Positions 63,032-64,000 of a stretch of 64,000 nucleotides of DNA are shown piece by piece. Position numbers and translations under genes: made by a program. The notes under the pieces are model-generated. The model saw only the letters and a program-made list of their open reading frames with translations. It was not told the origin of the DNA and ran no database searches. Numbering within the stretch: position 1 is the first letter of the stretch; every line of letters begins with the position of its first letter. The DNA is taken from NCBI GenBank assembly GCA_965203325.1, contig OZ241875.1, positions 2,304,001 through 2,368,000 of the forward strand, read 5' to 3'. Source of the stretch: a bacterium. Its GTDB lineage: Bacteria; UBA8248.

Positions 63032-63799
63032 ATGACGAATCGAGAAGCAACCACGTATGAAGTCAAGAACCATGTCGCGTATCTCACCCTGAACCGGCCC
63101 GAGAAGAAAAACGCCATCAACTACGCCATGCGCAAGGAGGTGCAGGACGCCTACGTCGACATCAAGCACAACCCGGACGTCTGGGTGGCCGTCATCACGG
63201 CGGCGGGGGACGTTTTCTGCTCGGGCAAGGACATCGTGGAGAAGATGCCCGAGGATGACGGGCAGGTGATGTCGAACGACGAGCTTTATCTGTATCTCCG
63301 CTATCTCTACAAGCCCGTCATCTGCGCCATCAACGGCCCCTGCCTCGCCCAGGGGGCGGGCTTTGCGCTGAACTCGGACATACTGATTTTCTCCGAGCGC
63401 GGCTCCATGGGCTGGCCGCAGGTGCTCCGGGGGATATCCTCGGTGAGCGGCCCCGCCATGTGCGCGCACGCGATTCCCTGGACCCAGGCGATGAGCTACC
63501 TGATGCGCGGCAAGTTCATCCCCGCCGAGGAGTGCCTGCGTTTGGGGATAGCCACAGAGGTGGTGCCGCACGAGGAACTGCTGCCGACGGCTGTGCGCTA
63601 CGCGCACGAAATCCTCGAAGCCGCACCCATGGCGGTCTGCGCCATCAAGGAGGCGGCGCGCCGAGGCGAGGACCTGGGCTACCGGGACAGGGTCTACATG
63701 TCGCGCGACGTGGCGGACCGCATCCTGCACACCGAAGATTCCAAGGAGGGGATCCTCGCCTTCCGTGAGAAGAGAAAGCCCGAGTGGCGGGGCAGGTAG
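63032..63799 (+). CDS. Crotonase-superfamily (enoyl-CoA hydratase-like) protein
   Basis: LNRPEKKNA, FCSGKD, KPVICAING, DSKEGILAFREKRKPEWRG. Confidence 0.88.
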   Translation: MTNREATTYEVKNHVAYLTLNRPEKKNAINYAMRKEVQDAYVDIKHNPDVWVAVITAAGDVFCSGKDIVEKMPEDDGQVMSNDELYLYLRYLYKPVICAINGPCLAQGAGFALNSDILIFSERGSMGWPQVLRGISSVSGPAMCAHAIPWTQAMSYLMRGKFIPAEECLRLGIATEVVPHEELLPTAVRYAHEILEAAPMAVCAIKEAARRGEDLGYRDRVYMSRDVADRILHTEDSKEGILAFREKRKPEWRGR

Positions 63800-63862
63800 G
63801 CTGTAATTTCCCTTGTTTTCCTCAATACATACCAGGAACGAATGAAATGGAGATGAAAGCGA

Positions 63863-64000
63863 ATGAGCGATAAACCCGTCGTCTGGGTGGGGACCCCCTT
63901 TATCCTGAATTTCGATGACCCGATGGAGATGTTCCGGCCCCTTGTGGAAGCGGGGCTCGAGGTGCGCCTCGACGAGTGCCGGGGCTACATGCCCGAGGAA
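63863..64000 (+). CDS. N-terminus of an unidentified protein (3'-truncated by window edge)
   Basis: ATG with GGAG upstream, open to window end: MSDKPVVWVGTPFIL... Confidence 0.45.
   Translation, partial: MSDKPVVWVGTPFILNFDDPMEMFRPLVEAGLEVRLDECRGYMPEE

Overview
GC-rich bacterial chromosomal window that spans the replication origin. The left arm (minus strand) holds dnaA-recF-gyrB-(cytochrome c')-gyrA, with a bipartite oriC flanking dnaA and no dnaN at its usual position. The right arm (plus strand) holds rpmH-rnpA-yidD-yidC, then a ~10 kb insertion, then mnmE-mnmG-parS-parA-parB-bactofilin; jag and rsmG are missing from their usual positions. The insertion encodes a soluble FliG C-domain/MotA-cytoplasmic-domain fusion, a probable exported UxxC thioredoxin selenoprotein that the ORF track splits in two, two SDRs, CapA, GalT and a ProXWV-type transporter. 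From ~31 kb onward come a split (nitrilase-like + NadE) NAD synthetase, BCP and a long catabolic region (BVMO, ThDP enzymes, DapA-like aldolases, three atypical ACADs, LigAB, reductases). That region also carries a Panacea-type toxin-antitoxin pair and an intact IS1182-family element. Intergenic spaces are full of GTAG/CGTC palindromic repeats and short elements that share the IS terminal repeats. All calls come from reading motifs by eye; no database searches were run.
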